64,000 nt of DNA from Somniosus microcephalus (lineage: Eukaryota): assembly GCA_052327205.1 (NCBI GenBank), contig CM126232.1, positions 25,420,001 to 25,484,000 of the forward strand, in the 5' to 3' direction. Of this stretch, positions 50,200 through 62,015 are shown piece by piece (the first letter of the stretch is position 1; each line of letters begins with the position of its first letter). A model generated the notes under the pieces. That model worked only from the letters and a program-made list of their open reading frames with translations. It was not told the origin of the DNA and searched no databases. A program made the position numbers and the translations under genes.

Positions 50200-50898
50200 A
50201 TGCTGGAAATCTGTGTCCGTTCCATTTCCCGCATTTCTGCTCTCACCCCTTCCCCTCCCTCCCAGAACCACGATAGGGTTCCCCTTGTCCTCACCTTTCA
50301 CCCCACCAGCCTCCACATTCAACGGATCATCCTCCGCCATTTCCGCCACATCCAACGTGATCCCACCACCAAACACATCTTCCCCTCACCTCCCCTTTCA
50401 GCATTCCGAAGGGACCGCTCCCTCTGTAACACCCTGGTCCACTCCTCAATCACCCCTAACAGCCCTTCCCCTTCGCCTGGCACCTTCCCGTGCAAGTGCT
50501 GGAGATGCAACACATGCCCTTTTACTTCCTCCCTTCCCACTGTCCAGGGTCCCAAACACCCCTTCCAGGTGAAACAGCGATTTACTTGTACTTCTTGCAA
50601 TTTAGTATACTGTATTCGCTGCTCACGATGCAGTCTCCTCTACATTGGGGAGACCAAACACAGATTGGGCGATCGCTTTACAGAACACCTCCGTTCAGTC
50701 CGTAAGGGGCACCCGGAGTTTCCGGTCGCCTGTCACTTTAATTCTCTGCTTCACTCCCACTCTGATCTCTCTGTCCTCGGCCTATTACATTGTTCCAATG
50801 TAGCTCAACGTAAGCTCGAGGAACAGCACCTCATCTTTCGATTAGGCACTTTAAAGCCTTCTGGCCTCAACATTGAGTTCAACAATTTCAAACTATAA
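50200..50898 (+). pseudogene. C-terminal Penelope ORF: thumb end, Cys-rich linker, GIY-YIG endonuclease; RT absent
   Basis: CKCWRCNTC linker; NLVYCIRCSRCSLLYIGET..RFTEH..VACHF..RKLEE..LGTLKPSGLN; the ATG comes from the inverted tail. Confidence 0.9.
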
Positions 50899-51056
50899 CC
50901 CCTGCCCCCATTTTTCATGCTGTATGATTTTGCCATTCCCATTTGCAACATTTTATCTTTCCTGCCTCTTACAAAAGCACAGTATGTTCCTTCAATTCCT
51001 TCCTCCCCTCCTGTCACTGCACCTGCTTAATATCTGTTACATCTCCAGCTTTTTCC

Positions 51057-51093
51057 AGTTCTGATGAAGGGTCCCAGACCTGAAACGTTAACT
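51057..51093 (+). ncRNA. Minimal type I hammerhead ribozyme motif in the Penelope pLTR
   Basis: Stem I agtt/aact, CTGATGA, stem II ggtc.cca.gacc, GAAAC, GTT triplet; palindromic AACGTT in place of stem III. Confidence 0.75.
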
Positions 51094-51569
51094 CTGTTTC
51101 TCTCTCCACGGATGCTGCCTGGCCTGCTGAGTTTCTCCAACTATACTGTTCCCCTTGATCAGGAGGGTAGTGTGCTCTAGGCTGCAGATAACTCCACAAC
51201 CAACTTCCTCTGAAAAATCTGCCATGGGCACCTTCCCACAGCGAGGAACGACCTTCCTCTCTCCCACAACATTCTACCTTCCTCCCAGAGAAGAGTCAAA
51301 ATGGCAAAGCACACCTGCTGGGAAAAGCCAGCTTATGGTTGCCCTAATAACGCAGTGCAGTGTAACGTCAGCTGGTAGAGGGGGTTCGGCCAACTAAAAT
51401 ATCGTGAAGAGATCACAGTAAACAAGCGACTGAGATTGGTCTAAGTTCACAAAAATGTTTGTGTTTCATATGCATTGCCTCTGAAAACTGTATAGCCAGA
51501 ACATGTTGCCAATAATAACGTGGATTGCCTTTAATAAAGCCCATTACAGGTATGCCACCAATACCACGA

Positions 51570-51918
51570 TAGGGGGCATAGTCTCAGGGTAAGGGGTCGG
51601 CGATTTAAGACCAAGATGAGGAGGAATTTCTTCACTCAGAGTTGTGAATCTTTGGAATTCTCTACCTCAAAGGGCAGTGGATGCTGAATCATTGCGTATA
51701 TTCAAGGCTGAGATAGGAACATAGGAACAGGAGTAGGCCATTGAGCCCCTCAAGCCTGTTTGACAGATAGATTTTTGGACTCTAGGGGAATCAAGGGATA
51801 TGGGGATTGGGTGGGAAAGTGGAGTTAAGGTCGATGATCAGCCATGATCTTATTGAATGGCGGAGCAAGCTCGAGGGGCTGTATGGCCTACTTGTGCTCC
51901 TAATTCTTATGTTCTTAT
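51570..51918 (+). mobile_element. CR1 LINE 3' end with small inverted CR1-tail insert
   Basis: aggggcatagtctc..gaggaggaatttcttcactcagag..tcttatgttcttat. Confidence 0.8.
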
Positions 51919-52524
51919 ATCACTGCTGGAGTGGTGCAGTGCTGTAAAACGTAAATTGAAAAGGTTTAGGGAAATAAATGGAGGGTTTTAGGGATGCTGT
52001 CTGCTAACCCTGCTCTCTCCCATCAGGTTCCTTGGACACTGTTGGACCCACTCTCAATTACAAAGTGTGCTCATTACACTCACGTCTCAAAATTGAAAAT
52101 GCAGCTCCAAAGCCTCAAGTTCCTCAGCCCCAATACCATGCGCTCAATTCCACTCCACAACTGTAGGTTCAAAGCTTCCCGTCCTGAGTCAATGAAGCCC
52201 AAGACCTCAGCTTCACTAAACCTTGTTTTGATTGGGAAAAAAAAATAGGTGACGGCCAAGGTCCATAATGCAGGACATCACCAAGGCCAACAAGGGAAGA
52301 CGAGGAAAATCAGGAATTAGCGATTAGGTGACATATCAAGTATGGGTTTTAAAAAACCCGACTTGTAGAAGGAACGGTAGACTGAGGTTGAGGGGCTGAG
52401 ACAGAATTAGCACAGGAGACGGTGCAAAGGGTCATTATTTCAACACAGAATGCAGGGAGGAGGAGGAGGAAGTGATTCAAACACCCAGAGGGGTGATGTC
52501 ATGCAGCATATAGGTCATACTTAC

Positions 52525-52626
52525 ATCAGGAGTGAGCACGGAGTAACTGGGAGGCGGCTTGTCCACTGACACTGGGAGGCTGAATTGTCCGGTGCGGAGG
52601 CGGCCGTGTTGCATCAAAGGGATCCA
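52525..52626 (-). CDS. DOCK6: DOCK6 exon [34 protein letters not shown]
   Basis: 102 nt, tag/gtaagt. Confidence 0.95.
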
Positions 52627-53958
52627 CTAAGTGAGTGGGGTACAAGATTAAAGATTAGAGACTGTATAGTTGGCACCGGCACAGGGCAACCACTCCAACT
52701 CGGGAGCTCTCAGGCTGCACTACTGCACTCAAATGTCCATCATCGTCAGGAGGGTTGGAGGAAGTGACTGTGGACAACAGGCTCAAATTGAAGTGATTCA
52801 CAAACTGAGGTGAACCCCTGCTTCGAAATGCAGTTTATTCCCTCAAACCGTCAGATCGCAGGGAAACTCAACTCCGTGCTTGGGTCAAATGGAGAAGAGT
52901 GGATCGGTTCTCCAGCAGGCACAGTGTACCGAGCTTTCCTAGGGCCAGGCATCTCGAGATCGATTCCCAGACCTATCGGAGATAGCCACCCCCATTGCAA
53001 AGAATGGGGTCACTCCAGGGAGCACGGGGCTCCTCCCAGTCACCCAAGCAGCCGGAAAAAAGGAAGCCAGACACACGAGACTGCTGTAAAAAAAATATGC
53101 TTTTTCTTCAAACAAGCAAGCAATATTATTAATATAGAATACTGAATGCACAGCGGGGAATAAATACTTGAATCAGAACTTACTTCCCATGGACTTAATT
53201 TCTCTTTTAAGCAATGATAAAACGCACTGGAGTACGGTATATTGTAATTGCAACTTGTCACAAGGCTTTTAATTATTCATTGTCCTTAATTGTAACCTGC
53301 AGCATGATTGCAAGTACATTACGGTGTTCAGTTCAACCTATTCTGAGCTTAGTATCTCTGTGGGTTTGGATGGTGTCTGCCACTGTTCAGTGAGGAGCTA
53401 ATCCCCCTCATCCCACCTGCTGTCTCATGCATGACTCGGGAGGCCCGAGGCTGCTTCACAGTGATGGGGATATAAAACAGGGATAAAATGTCTGGCCGCT
53501 CTTAGGGGCTGAATTGCAAGTTAAATGTAAACAGTACGTTGTAATTTGTAATGATAGTGTTAAAACTATAGAGCCCATAGCTTTAATAGGACTTTCACTA
53601 TTGCTGCGAGTGCTGGGATAGGTCCAGCTCCACAGCCTTATCTTGTTTCTCTGACTTAGTAGTAAGCAAAAGCAAGAGAAATGCCAGGGAATCCCAGCAG
53701 GATCATCAGTAGAAAGCTTATGGTCCCTTAACATCCAGTATTTCTGACAAGAATCCAAAAGGAAATGTTAATTTGGGAATAGCTCCAAGTAGATTTAATT
53801 CCCAAGTTCAACAGATTAAGTGATAAACACCACCCAATATTTAATTAACACGAGAGACCAACATTAAGGCCTTTGTTATAGTACCACACCTGAAAAACTC
53901 CCCTTTGGGGTTCTGTACTGACTCTCATGGACCAATTTATTGATTCCCTGTTACTTAC

Positions 53959-54097
53959 TGTGTAGCCAACAGGTGTCTCCAGTGCTGCACTCGGCTTCTG
54001 CTGACAGCTGATGTGGTAGAAGGTGAAGAGCAGGTGATGGTTATCGGTCAGGTTAGCTGGGACCTTCATTTTTATTTCCTCATAAAACTCTGGCGAT
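53959..54097 (-). CDS. DOCK6: DOCK6 exon [46 protein letters not shown]
   Basis: 139 nt, cag/gtaagt, hallmark DHR-1 [11 protein letters not shown]. Confidence 0.96.
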
Positions 54098-55374
54098 CTG
54101 CAAAGGTCACACATTGTGTCAGATTTAGCTCCGATACTGTTGGCAGAGCTCGCCAGCCAGTGTGCACATACAATTATCATTCACTCGCTCACTTTCATTC
54201 CAACACTTTGAAAAATTCTTCTCTCCCCGCCTGTCCCTTAAAAAGGTACCTAACTCCTCAATTAGCTCAGTGGGTCAATGCAATCATCTATTGTGGCTCA
54301 GTGCTACACTGAACTCATACATTGGACTCGGTGTGATACTGGGCCACATAGAAGGTGCCATTCCTCATCACTATCCAGTGACTCTTGGTGGGGCCAGGAT
54401 TGGGCTCAGCAGTGATGCCCTTGATGGCCAAATAGCCAGCTGACACTCACGGTCTAGGCTCATACATAAGGAATGAGTATTTTGGCCCTTGGAAACACAC
54501 CGCCAAGCAAGGAGGCAGCTGCACCTTTAGGAAAGAAGGGAGTAACTTAAAATTTTCTTCTAAAATGGAACATGGGACTGTCATGAATTTACCCCTGTTC
54601 ATGTGTCTTATCTATTCCCTATCTGTCCCTTATTCAATGACAGCGTTCATTTATCAATTCATCCCCATGAAGCAAGCCCATTGATTAATCACAACCCAAC
54701 TGACTAGCACTGGAATGAAGATGACGCACAGAGTAATGGAGAGGAGACGGCGACCCTTGAGCAGCTGATAACTGAGTGCCAAGATTAGATTGGAGCCGTA
54801 AAATCACTTTCTACGGTCAGAGTTTATGTGAAGGTTGCAGGCGGTGCCATTAGGATTGTCAGTTTTATCGTTTCATCTTGTGGTGCTGTGTCTGTGAGCT
54901 GAGGGTAGCAGGCCACATTTCATGCTTGTAGTGCTTGTAAATGTGATTTAGTTTTCACATCAGTGATAGTACTACAAGGCCGACAGAGGCGAGGGCTTAT
55001 TTTGTTACGGCTTGCGGTGCTGCTGTTTTAGCTCTTTACAGGATTTCAGACAACTGCCAGTTTATAGCAGCGTACAGATTCATGGCGTTTGTTTATGCGA
55101 TGTGGGAACACACAACTTGCAGTGCCATGCTCACTCCCCATTTCTCAGCTGCACTGCTTCAGGGACGCACCAAGCACACAACAGGGCCTTTCCACGGGGG
55201 GAAAAAAAAACTGAAGGAAGATCTTCCCTGGGCTATTGGCAAAGTGGCACTGGCAAAAGCCTAGGAGCAGGTTCGCAGCAGGGTGTAGCTGAGCCGTGGA
55301 GGCTGCGGGAGACAGCGGACAATGGGTTTGGGTTTGTAAGAAATAATCTAATTGCCTGCAAACAGCAGAGCCAG

Positions 55375-55545
55375 CCTTTCACAACCTCAAAGCGCTTTTG
55401 AAGTGTAATCACTGTTGTAATGTAGGAAACGCGGCAGCCAATTTGGGCACAGCAAGCTCCCACAAACAGCAATGTCGTTATGACCGGATAATCTGTTTTT
55501 AGTGATGTTGGTTGAGGAATAAATATTGGCCCCAGGACCCCAGGG
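55375..55545 (-). mobile_element. SacSINE1-like fragment
   Basis: Matches the 3' half of 28879-29343; older copies at 40520-40770(-), 57420-57765(+), 58440-58757(-), 59385-59830(-). Confidence 0.8.
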
Positions 55546-55662
55546 ATATGTACTATAATATAACATGATGACGATTATCCCGAGTTGCAGAATAACAAAC
55601 AGGCACAGGAAATGTCTGCACGGTCTCCATGGCTCTGGCGAGACTTGTCCTTGATAACTCAC

Positions 55663-55733
55663 TTGTTGTGGTACACAACGGCAGAGTACGCTTCTCTTGA
55701 AAAATCAGCACAGCTGGACTTGCCGAAGATAAC
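55663..55733 (-). CDS. DOCK6: DOCK6 exon VIFGKSSCADFSREAYSAVVYHNK
   Basis: 71 nt, cag/gtgagt, DHR-1 motif. Confidence 0.95.
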
Positions 55734-55924
55734 CTGCATTTAAGTGGAAGGAAGAAGCAGAAATAAATCACTACAGGCAAGCGCTGGGCAAGAGAAGCAC
55801 GCCGACTGACGCACATCGGATTACAGAATCTAAACCACCAGGGTTCAAGTTCCGGCATGGCAAGTTGTGACATTGAATCTGATCATTGTGGGCTAACACC
55901 CGAAAAAAGCTGCTGTATTGTCAG

Positions 55925-56350
55925 AGGGCCAAGTGGATGCAAAGCGGGAGGAGGTTTAGAGATAGAGGGTGGGGGCCAAGGCATGGAGGGATTTAAAAAC
56001 AGGGAGGAGTATTTTAAATGAATGCATTGGGGCACGAGAAGCCAATGTAGAACAGCCAAGAAAGGAATGAAGGGTAAGCAAGACTTAGCACGGAGAGAAG
56101 TTTTGGACCAGTTGGAATTCATGGAGGGTGAAGGATGGCCAGCGAGGATAAAAAGGGGTCAAATGTGGCCTTTTTGAGGAGGGGTGATGACGGCAGTTCT
56201 GAAAGGAAGAGCAAAGGGAGCTATTGCCAACAGTTGGGGCAGGAAAGGTAATTATGTGGTCAGAGAGTTGGGTAGAGAGGGGATTGAAGGAGCAGGATGT
56301 GCGACTCTTGGAAGAGGTGAGCTTAGAGAGGGTGAGAGAGAGAGAGAGAA
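55925..56350 (-). mobile_element. Degenerate L2 fragments
   Basis: ..PFLAVLHWLLVPQCI.., ..FQLVQN.. L2 ORF2 motifs. Confidence 0.6.
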
Positions 56351-58041
56351 AAACTATAGCGACAGGGACTGGGGTGGAGTAAGTAGGGGCTGGGTTCCTG
56401 CTCCTGATCACGATACAGTGACAAATACTGGAAAGTCTATGTTGGGCAAAGACAGGACGGGACTCGGTTGTGAGGCCTCCCATGGTCAAATAGGATGACA
56501 ACACTCACTGCCTAGGCTCATGTGTACAGAACAAACACACTTGGATAGAGGTTACGGTGCTGCTGGTGACCACTGAAGTGTACCCCAGTTAAGAGCCAGC
56601 ATCTTCAGCGGAAGAGACTAAAATGGAAGGAACAAATCCTGACCTGTACAAGAACAGAGATTTCAGTGCAGACGGACTATCCAATATGGACATTAAGCTC
56701 TTTCAAAAACTGAGGTGGCACACTGACTTCCACTAGTAAATGTATGATAATAAGGGTGATCGGTTAAGTGGATGCATTTGTTGTCTCACCCACACAGCCA
56801 TCTACAATCCAGTATCGTGTGGGAGTAAGCAGCTACTAAAAGCTCCTGTAATTGCCTCAACTATCAATTATTGTGTACTTTAATATATTTTGGTACTACA
56901 GCAAGCACAATGCGTACTTCTGTTAAGTATCTATTCTTCAAAACTGCACAAATGCAGTGGAAAATCAGTTATATAACTCCCAGTATCAAGTGGTGTCAGA
57001 CTGGAATGTGTGTGAAAGGAACATATTGACTCTCAGTAGATGTGGGAGATTCGCAGACTTGGACTTGGTGTTCGACACAAAAGGAAAAAATCATTCCCCA
57101 AAACATACTTCAATCTCCATAAAATCTAACCCATTCCAGGCAAACACTTTAATCTCCATAAAATCCAACCCATTCATACAAACACTGTCTCTCCCATTAT
57201 CTGGGACTAGCCCTCGCTCTAAACAGCATACAACAAATAAGTGATCTCTCACACCTCCATCGCAACCTTTCTTGCCTTTGTTTTATTGATATTACTATGT
57301 TTGTTGATCTTTGAAACTTTCCTCTCTTTCTTCTGAGCTGTAGATACCCCACGCCACACACTCCTCCTCCTCCTCCTCCCTGTCTTCAAATCATGACTTT
57401 ATGCACTGTCCCGTACGTATTCTTTCCCAGCACCTCAAAGCTTCAGGGCAGTACTGAGGCAGCGTTGCAGTGTTGGAACTGCATTATCCTTTAGATTAGG
57501 CATTAAACCAAAGCCCCGTCCCCCTGTTTGTGGCGACATTAAAGATTCCCTGACACTATTCTAAGGGCAGGGAGTTTCTCACTGCATCCTGACGACATCC
57601 CTCCTTCAACTAACACCAACAAAAACAGATTCATTGCTCACTCATCACCTTGCTATCTGTGGGCACCTTGCTGGCGTGCAAAATGTTATACGGTCTAAAG
57701 CAGCAGCCAATGACTCTACTTCAAATTAATGAATTGCACATAAAGCAGTCTGGGGACATTTGTGAGACCAGACACTAAAGAAATGAAAGCTTTTCTTCTT
57801 CCTCCAGAGTCTTCTGGCTTTTGGAACCGAACTTTGATATCATCAATTCCTGATTTACCTCATAATATCCTTTAGCTGTGGTGGTGTTCTCTATTGTGGC
57901 CCCTTCCCTTCTATAATAAGTAAGAACTGCATTGCTTTGTGCGATATGTGCATCACCAGTACGGCTAAACAGGTATGGCACTAGCATATGCTTGAGGAAC
58001 AACAGTGGCTGCACTCCACATTGATGTAAGATGTTTCTCAC

Positions 58042-58159
58042 CGGCATGGCACTGTTGGGGTCCTCTCCGCCATGAACTGGACTTTCACTGTATATATCCG
58101 CACAGACCCCTGGCGGCTGCTGAAGTTCAAACTCTTGTGGGTAGACGTAGAGCAGATTC
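58042..58159 (-). CDS. DOCK6: DOCK6 exon, start of DHR-1/C2 (NLLYVYPQ...GEDPNSAMP); contains compensating frameshift pair
   Basis: 118 nt, ag/gtgaga; ends are in frame while the conserved middle SLNFSSRQGSVR..TVKVQFM lies in a shifted frame. Confidence 0.9.
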
Positions 58160-58883
58160 CTAAGAGGAACAATGAGAGTGGGTCAGCGCAGACAACACAC
58201 ATTCAAAATACAGCCACAAGCCAGGCTCATAGTGGCTGGCTGTCCTGATGTACTAACTCATTTACTTGTCTACCAAATAAATGGATGAAAGTGGACCTCA
58301 GTAATAGAGGTGGGGGGGGGGGGGGGGGGGATTCCCATCTATTGTGACATCTCTTCAGACTGGGATATGTTACCTGTAACAGAAAGTAAAAGTGTTCATT
58401 TACCTTCCTTCAGTCTCCTGCATCATACAAAATCATCAAACGAACCTGCATCGGTACAGCATCTTTCACATCCTCAGAATGCCCCAAAGCGCTTCACAGC
58501 CGATTAATTACTTCTGAAGTGCAGCCACTGTTGTTTTTTTTAATCTAATATAGCAGCCAATTTGCACACAACAATGTCCCACAAACAGCACCAACCAGTT
58601 AATCTGTTTTTGGTGGTGTTGATTGAAGGACACGCAGAGAATTCCCTGCTCTTGTACAAACAGTGCCATGGGATCTTTAATATTCCACTGAACAAGCAGA
58701 TGGGGCCTTGGTTTCATGTCTCATCCAGAAGACAGCGCCTTCGACAATGCAGTATTGCAGAGCGTGGGCACACAAACTTCTCCTGGGTCTCTGCACTCGG
58801 TGGGATTGATGATAGGTTAAAGTTTCAGATGGGACCTATTGCCCGGATAGCTATTGACCTGCTGCATATTTCCAGCATTTCAC

Positions 58884-59370
58884 AGAATCATAGAATGGTT
58901 ACAGCACAGGAGGCCGTCATTCGGCCCGTCAAGCCCGTGCCAGCTCGCTGCAAGAGCACTTCAGCTAGTCCCACTCCCCCTGCACAGTTTTTTCCTTCAG
59001 GTACTTATCCATTTCCCTTTTGAAAGCCACAATTGAATCTGCCTCCACCACCCTTTCAGGCAATGCATTCCAGATCCTAACCACTCGCTGCGTAAAAAAG
59101 TTTTCCCTCATGTCGCCTTTGGTTCTTCTACCAATCACCTTAAATCTGTGTCCTCTGGTTCTCTCTATCTACGCCGTCTAGACCCTTCATGATTTTGAAC
59201 ACCTTTATCAAATCTCTTCTCAACCTTCTCTGCTCTAAGAAGAATAACCCCAGCTTCTCCAGTCTATCCACGTAACTGAAGTCCCGCATCCCTGGAACCA
59301 TTCTTGTAAATCTTTTCTGCATCCTCTCGAAGGCCTTCACATCCTTCCTAAAGAATTGGACACATTGTCT
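58884..59370 (-). mobile_element. CR1 LINE 3' fragment
   Basis: RKDVKAFERMQKRFTRMVPGMRDFSYVDRLEKLGLF. Confidence 0.9.
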
Positions 59371-59956
59371 CTTCTTAGAGAGAACTTGCATTTATATAAT
59401 GCCTCACATCCTCAGGACATCCCAAAGGGCTTCATGGCCAATGAATTGCTTTTGAAGTGTAGTCACTGTTGTCTTAGACAAACATGGCAGCCAATCTGCA
59501 CACAGGAAGGTCCCATAATGTGAGAAATGATCAGTTAACCTGTGTGTTTGACGGTGGTAATTGAGGGATATCTGTTGGCTAGGACACTGGGTGAACTCCC
59601 CTTCTCGCCTTTGAACGGTGCCTTGGCATCTTTCACATTCACGTCAAATGGTAGATGAAGCCTCAGTTTAACGTCTCATACAAAAGACGGCACGGCACCT
59701 CCGAGAGTGCAACGCTTCCTCAGTACTACAATTAATTGTCAGCCTAGATTGAGCTCAACCTTGAAGTGTGATTTGAACCCACAGCCTTCTGGCTCAGAGG
59801 CCAGAGTGCAACCATTGTGCCAAACTGACACTTGCCGTACTTTTTCCCCCCACCTGCAATGGAAGAGCAAGGCATTCGAGGAAAGCCTAGATTCTCTGTT
59901 TGTTCCCTGGCCTTGCTATGAATTTATCCAGATATCACAGCAAGTGAAAACACTCA

Positions 59957-60597
59957 AGGGGAGAATTTCCCCTCGAGGGCCGTTTGGGGCGCTCAGTGAA
60001 AAATGTTTGGAAAGTTAGCGCCAAGCTCCAAGAGGGAAGTGGAGCACTAAATCAAGCAATGTCCCGGGGTGAGGTGCTCAGCAGCGCAACGTGTGGCCAC
60101 ACGTGGCGCTGCCTCTTTACAGGGGCTCTTCCCTGTATTAAAGGGAAGGGCCACACGCTGCGAGCTCTGCAGGTTTCAATGTAGATTTCTAGGCCACCAG
60201 GGAGCAGGAATACCGCGCGATCGACCGGTGGCCGAAAATAAATTTTTTAAAATTCGGCATTTTTTTTTGGCCGGCCGCCAACCGCGCCTTCAAGTTGCGC
60301 CCCCGAGCGGCTAGCCTCACTGTTTGCAACCCCTGCGGCAGTCGGTAACATCTAACGGTGCTGCTGCGGGGCGCGAGTGCGGATTTTTCTCCCGAGGCGC
60401 TACGCCCGGAGGTGACGTCATCATAGTCTCTGGGCGCAGAAGGTCGGGGCGCTACCCGGTAGTGCCGCCACTAAGCTCCTGTGGAATTTCGCAGGAGGCG
60501 CGGTTATCGCCTTGGGGGGGGGGGGGGGCGGCGAAAAGCCATTTGTGCCCCGTTAGCGCCTTCCACCGGAGGCACAAACGAGGGGAATTTTGGCCCG
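59957..60597. mobile_element. GC-rich non-autonomous TIR element (ttagcgcc family), reverse orientation
   Basis: ggggagaatttcccctcg / cgaggggaattttggccc; TCA flanks both sides if one mismatched terminal base is included. Confidence 0.8.
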
Positions 60598-61289
60598 TCA
60601 CTTTCAGAGAGCTAGGACATATCTATGAAAGTTGTCTGAAGCATGGAAGCAAACCGTAACTTGAATAGCAAAGAGAATGAAGAAACCCTCAAAAAAGTAA
60701 CAGGCATCTCAACGAAAGCAGTCAACAAAGTCTAACTGGCGATCACTTGAATCACTCACATGACACAGTGTCACCTACAATCATGAAGTTTGGCTGTACC
60801 TGGCTTCCCCGATCAGAAACCCACAGCAACAAGGGTATTGAATATATGGAATATATTGTAGTGGAGGCGAACGGCGTTGCCAAATCAAGAGGGGTACTGG
60901 AGAGAGATGTATTTTTCAGTGAAGGCCATTGTGCGGGATGAGAGATAGAGGAGTGCATGGTATTTATTGAATGTTGGGACTGGCCAGATACACTGCAGTG
61001 GTATCTTCAGGTTCTGTACATTCCCATGGCTATAATGCTCTAAGAATTTTGGCAGCACTATAAAGGCCTGTCCCATTCAACATCACACGAATGTTTTGCC
61101 GGATCTCTTCCTTTCAGGCACTTGGTTACATCACCTTAATCAGGGTCAGGTCAGGTTCAACTGTCCTTCGCCCAACTATCAATCATTGTCAGTGATTTAC
61201 TGAAGAGACAGACAACATGGAAAAATAAGGGAACATTTTACTAAGTGGATCACACACACAATACCAACCTAAAACAAGCCCAACATCAA

Positions 61290-62015
61290 CTCCCTTACAG
61301 TAAATCCTGATTAAACTAACCATTTCCCTGTCACTTGAGACCATCCTTTTAGCTGCCTCTGCTGCTTCCACCCCCCCCACCCATTTCCCTTATGCACCGA
61401 GAGAAACCTCCCCCCAAGCTCCCCCTGCCGTAGTCCTGAATCCACATCATTCTCTCGTTTCTGCCCTCATGTCCTCTCCAAGCTCACCTTGTCCATGAGA
61501 CCCACCTCCCTTGAACGCATTCCCACTGAACTGCTGACCACCCAACTTCCCTTCCTGGCCCCCATTATAAATGGTTCCCTCTCCTCAGATACTGCCCGGC
61601 TCTCTTTCAAAACTGCAGTCATTAACCCCTCAGCAAAAAAAAAAAAACCACCTTCAACCCCTCTGTTCCAGCAAACTTCCACTCAATCTCCAATCTCCCT
61701 TTCCTCTTCCAAGCTGCGAACGATAGTCTCCATAACTGTGACTGAGGTGCGTGATCCCTCCTCGACCTCTCTGCTGCTCTGACACAATCAACTCCAGCAA
61801 TGGCTTCACTTCTTGCCCACGCACCACAGTCCGCCAAGGATCTATCTTTGGTCCTTTCCTCTTCCTTCGACGACACCATCCGAGACGAGGCGTCAGCTTC
61901 CACGGTCCGCCGACGACAACCAGCTCTGCCTCGCCACCACCTCTTTTCACCCCTCCACTGCCCGTGTCATTGTACTGCTCCTCTCACATCCAGTCTTGGA
62001 TGACCTGCAATTTCC
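61290..62015 (+). mobile_element. Degenerate L2 ORF2 fragment
   Basis: SMRPTSLERIPTELL..PIINGSLSS..FKTAVINP; VRQGSIFGPFLF. Confidence 0.75.

Larger units (their letters stand above)
50182..51132 (+). mobile_element. Penelope-like element (Neptune-type), 5'-truncated, with inverted tail
   Basis: 15-bp TSD ttctccaactatact (50167-81, 51133-47); GIY-YIG ORF; hammerhead; inverted pLTR tail at 50182-50212. Confidence 0.92.
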
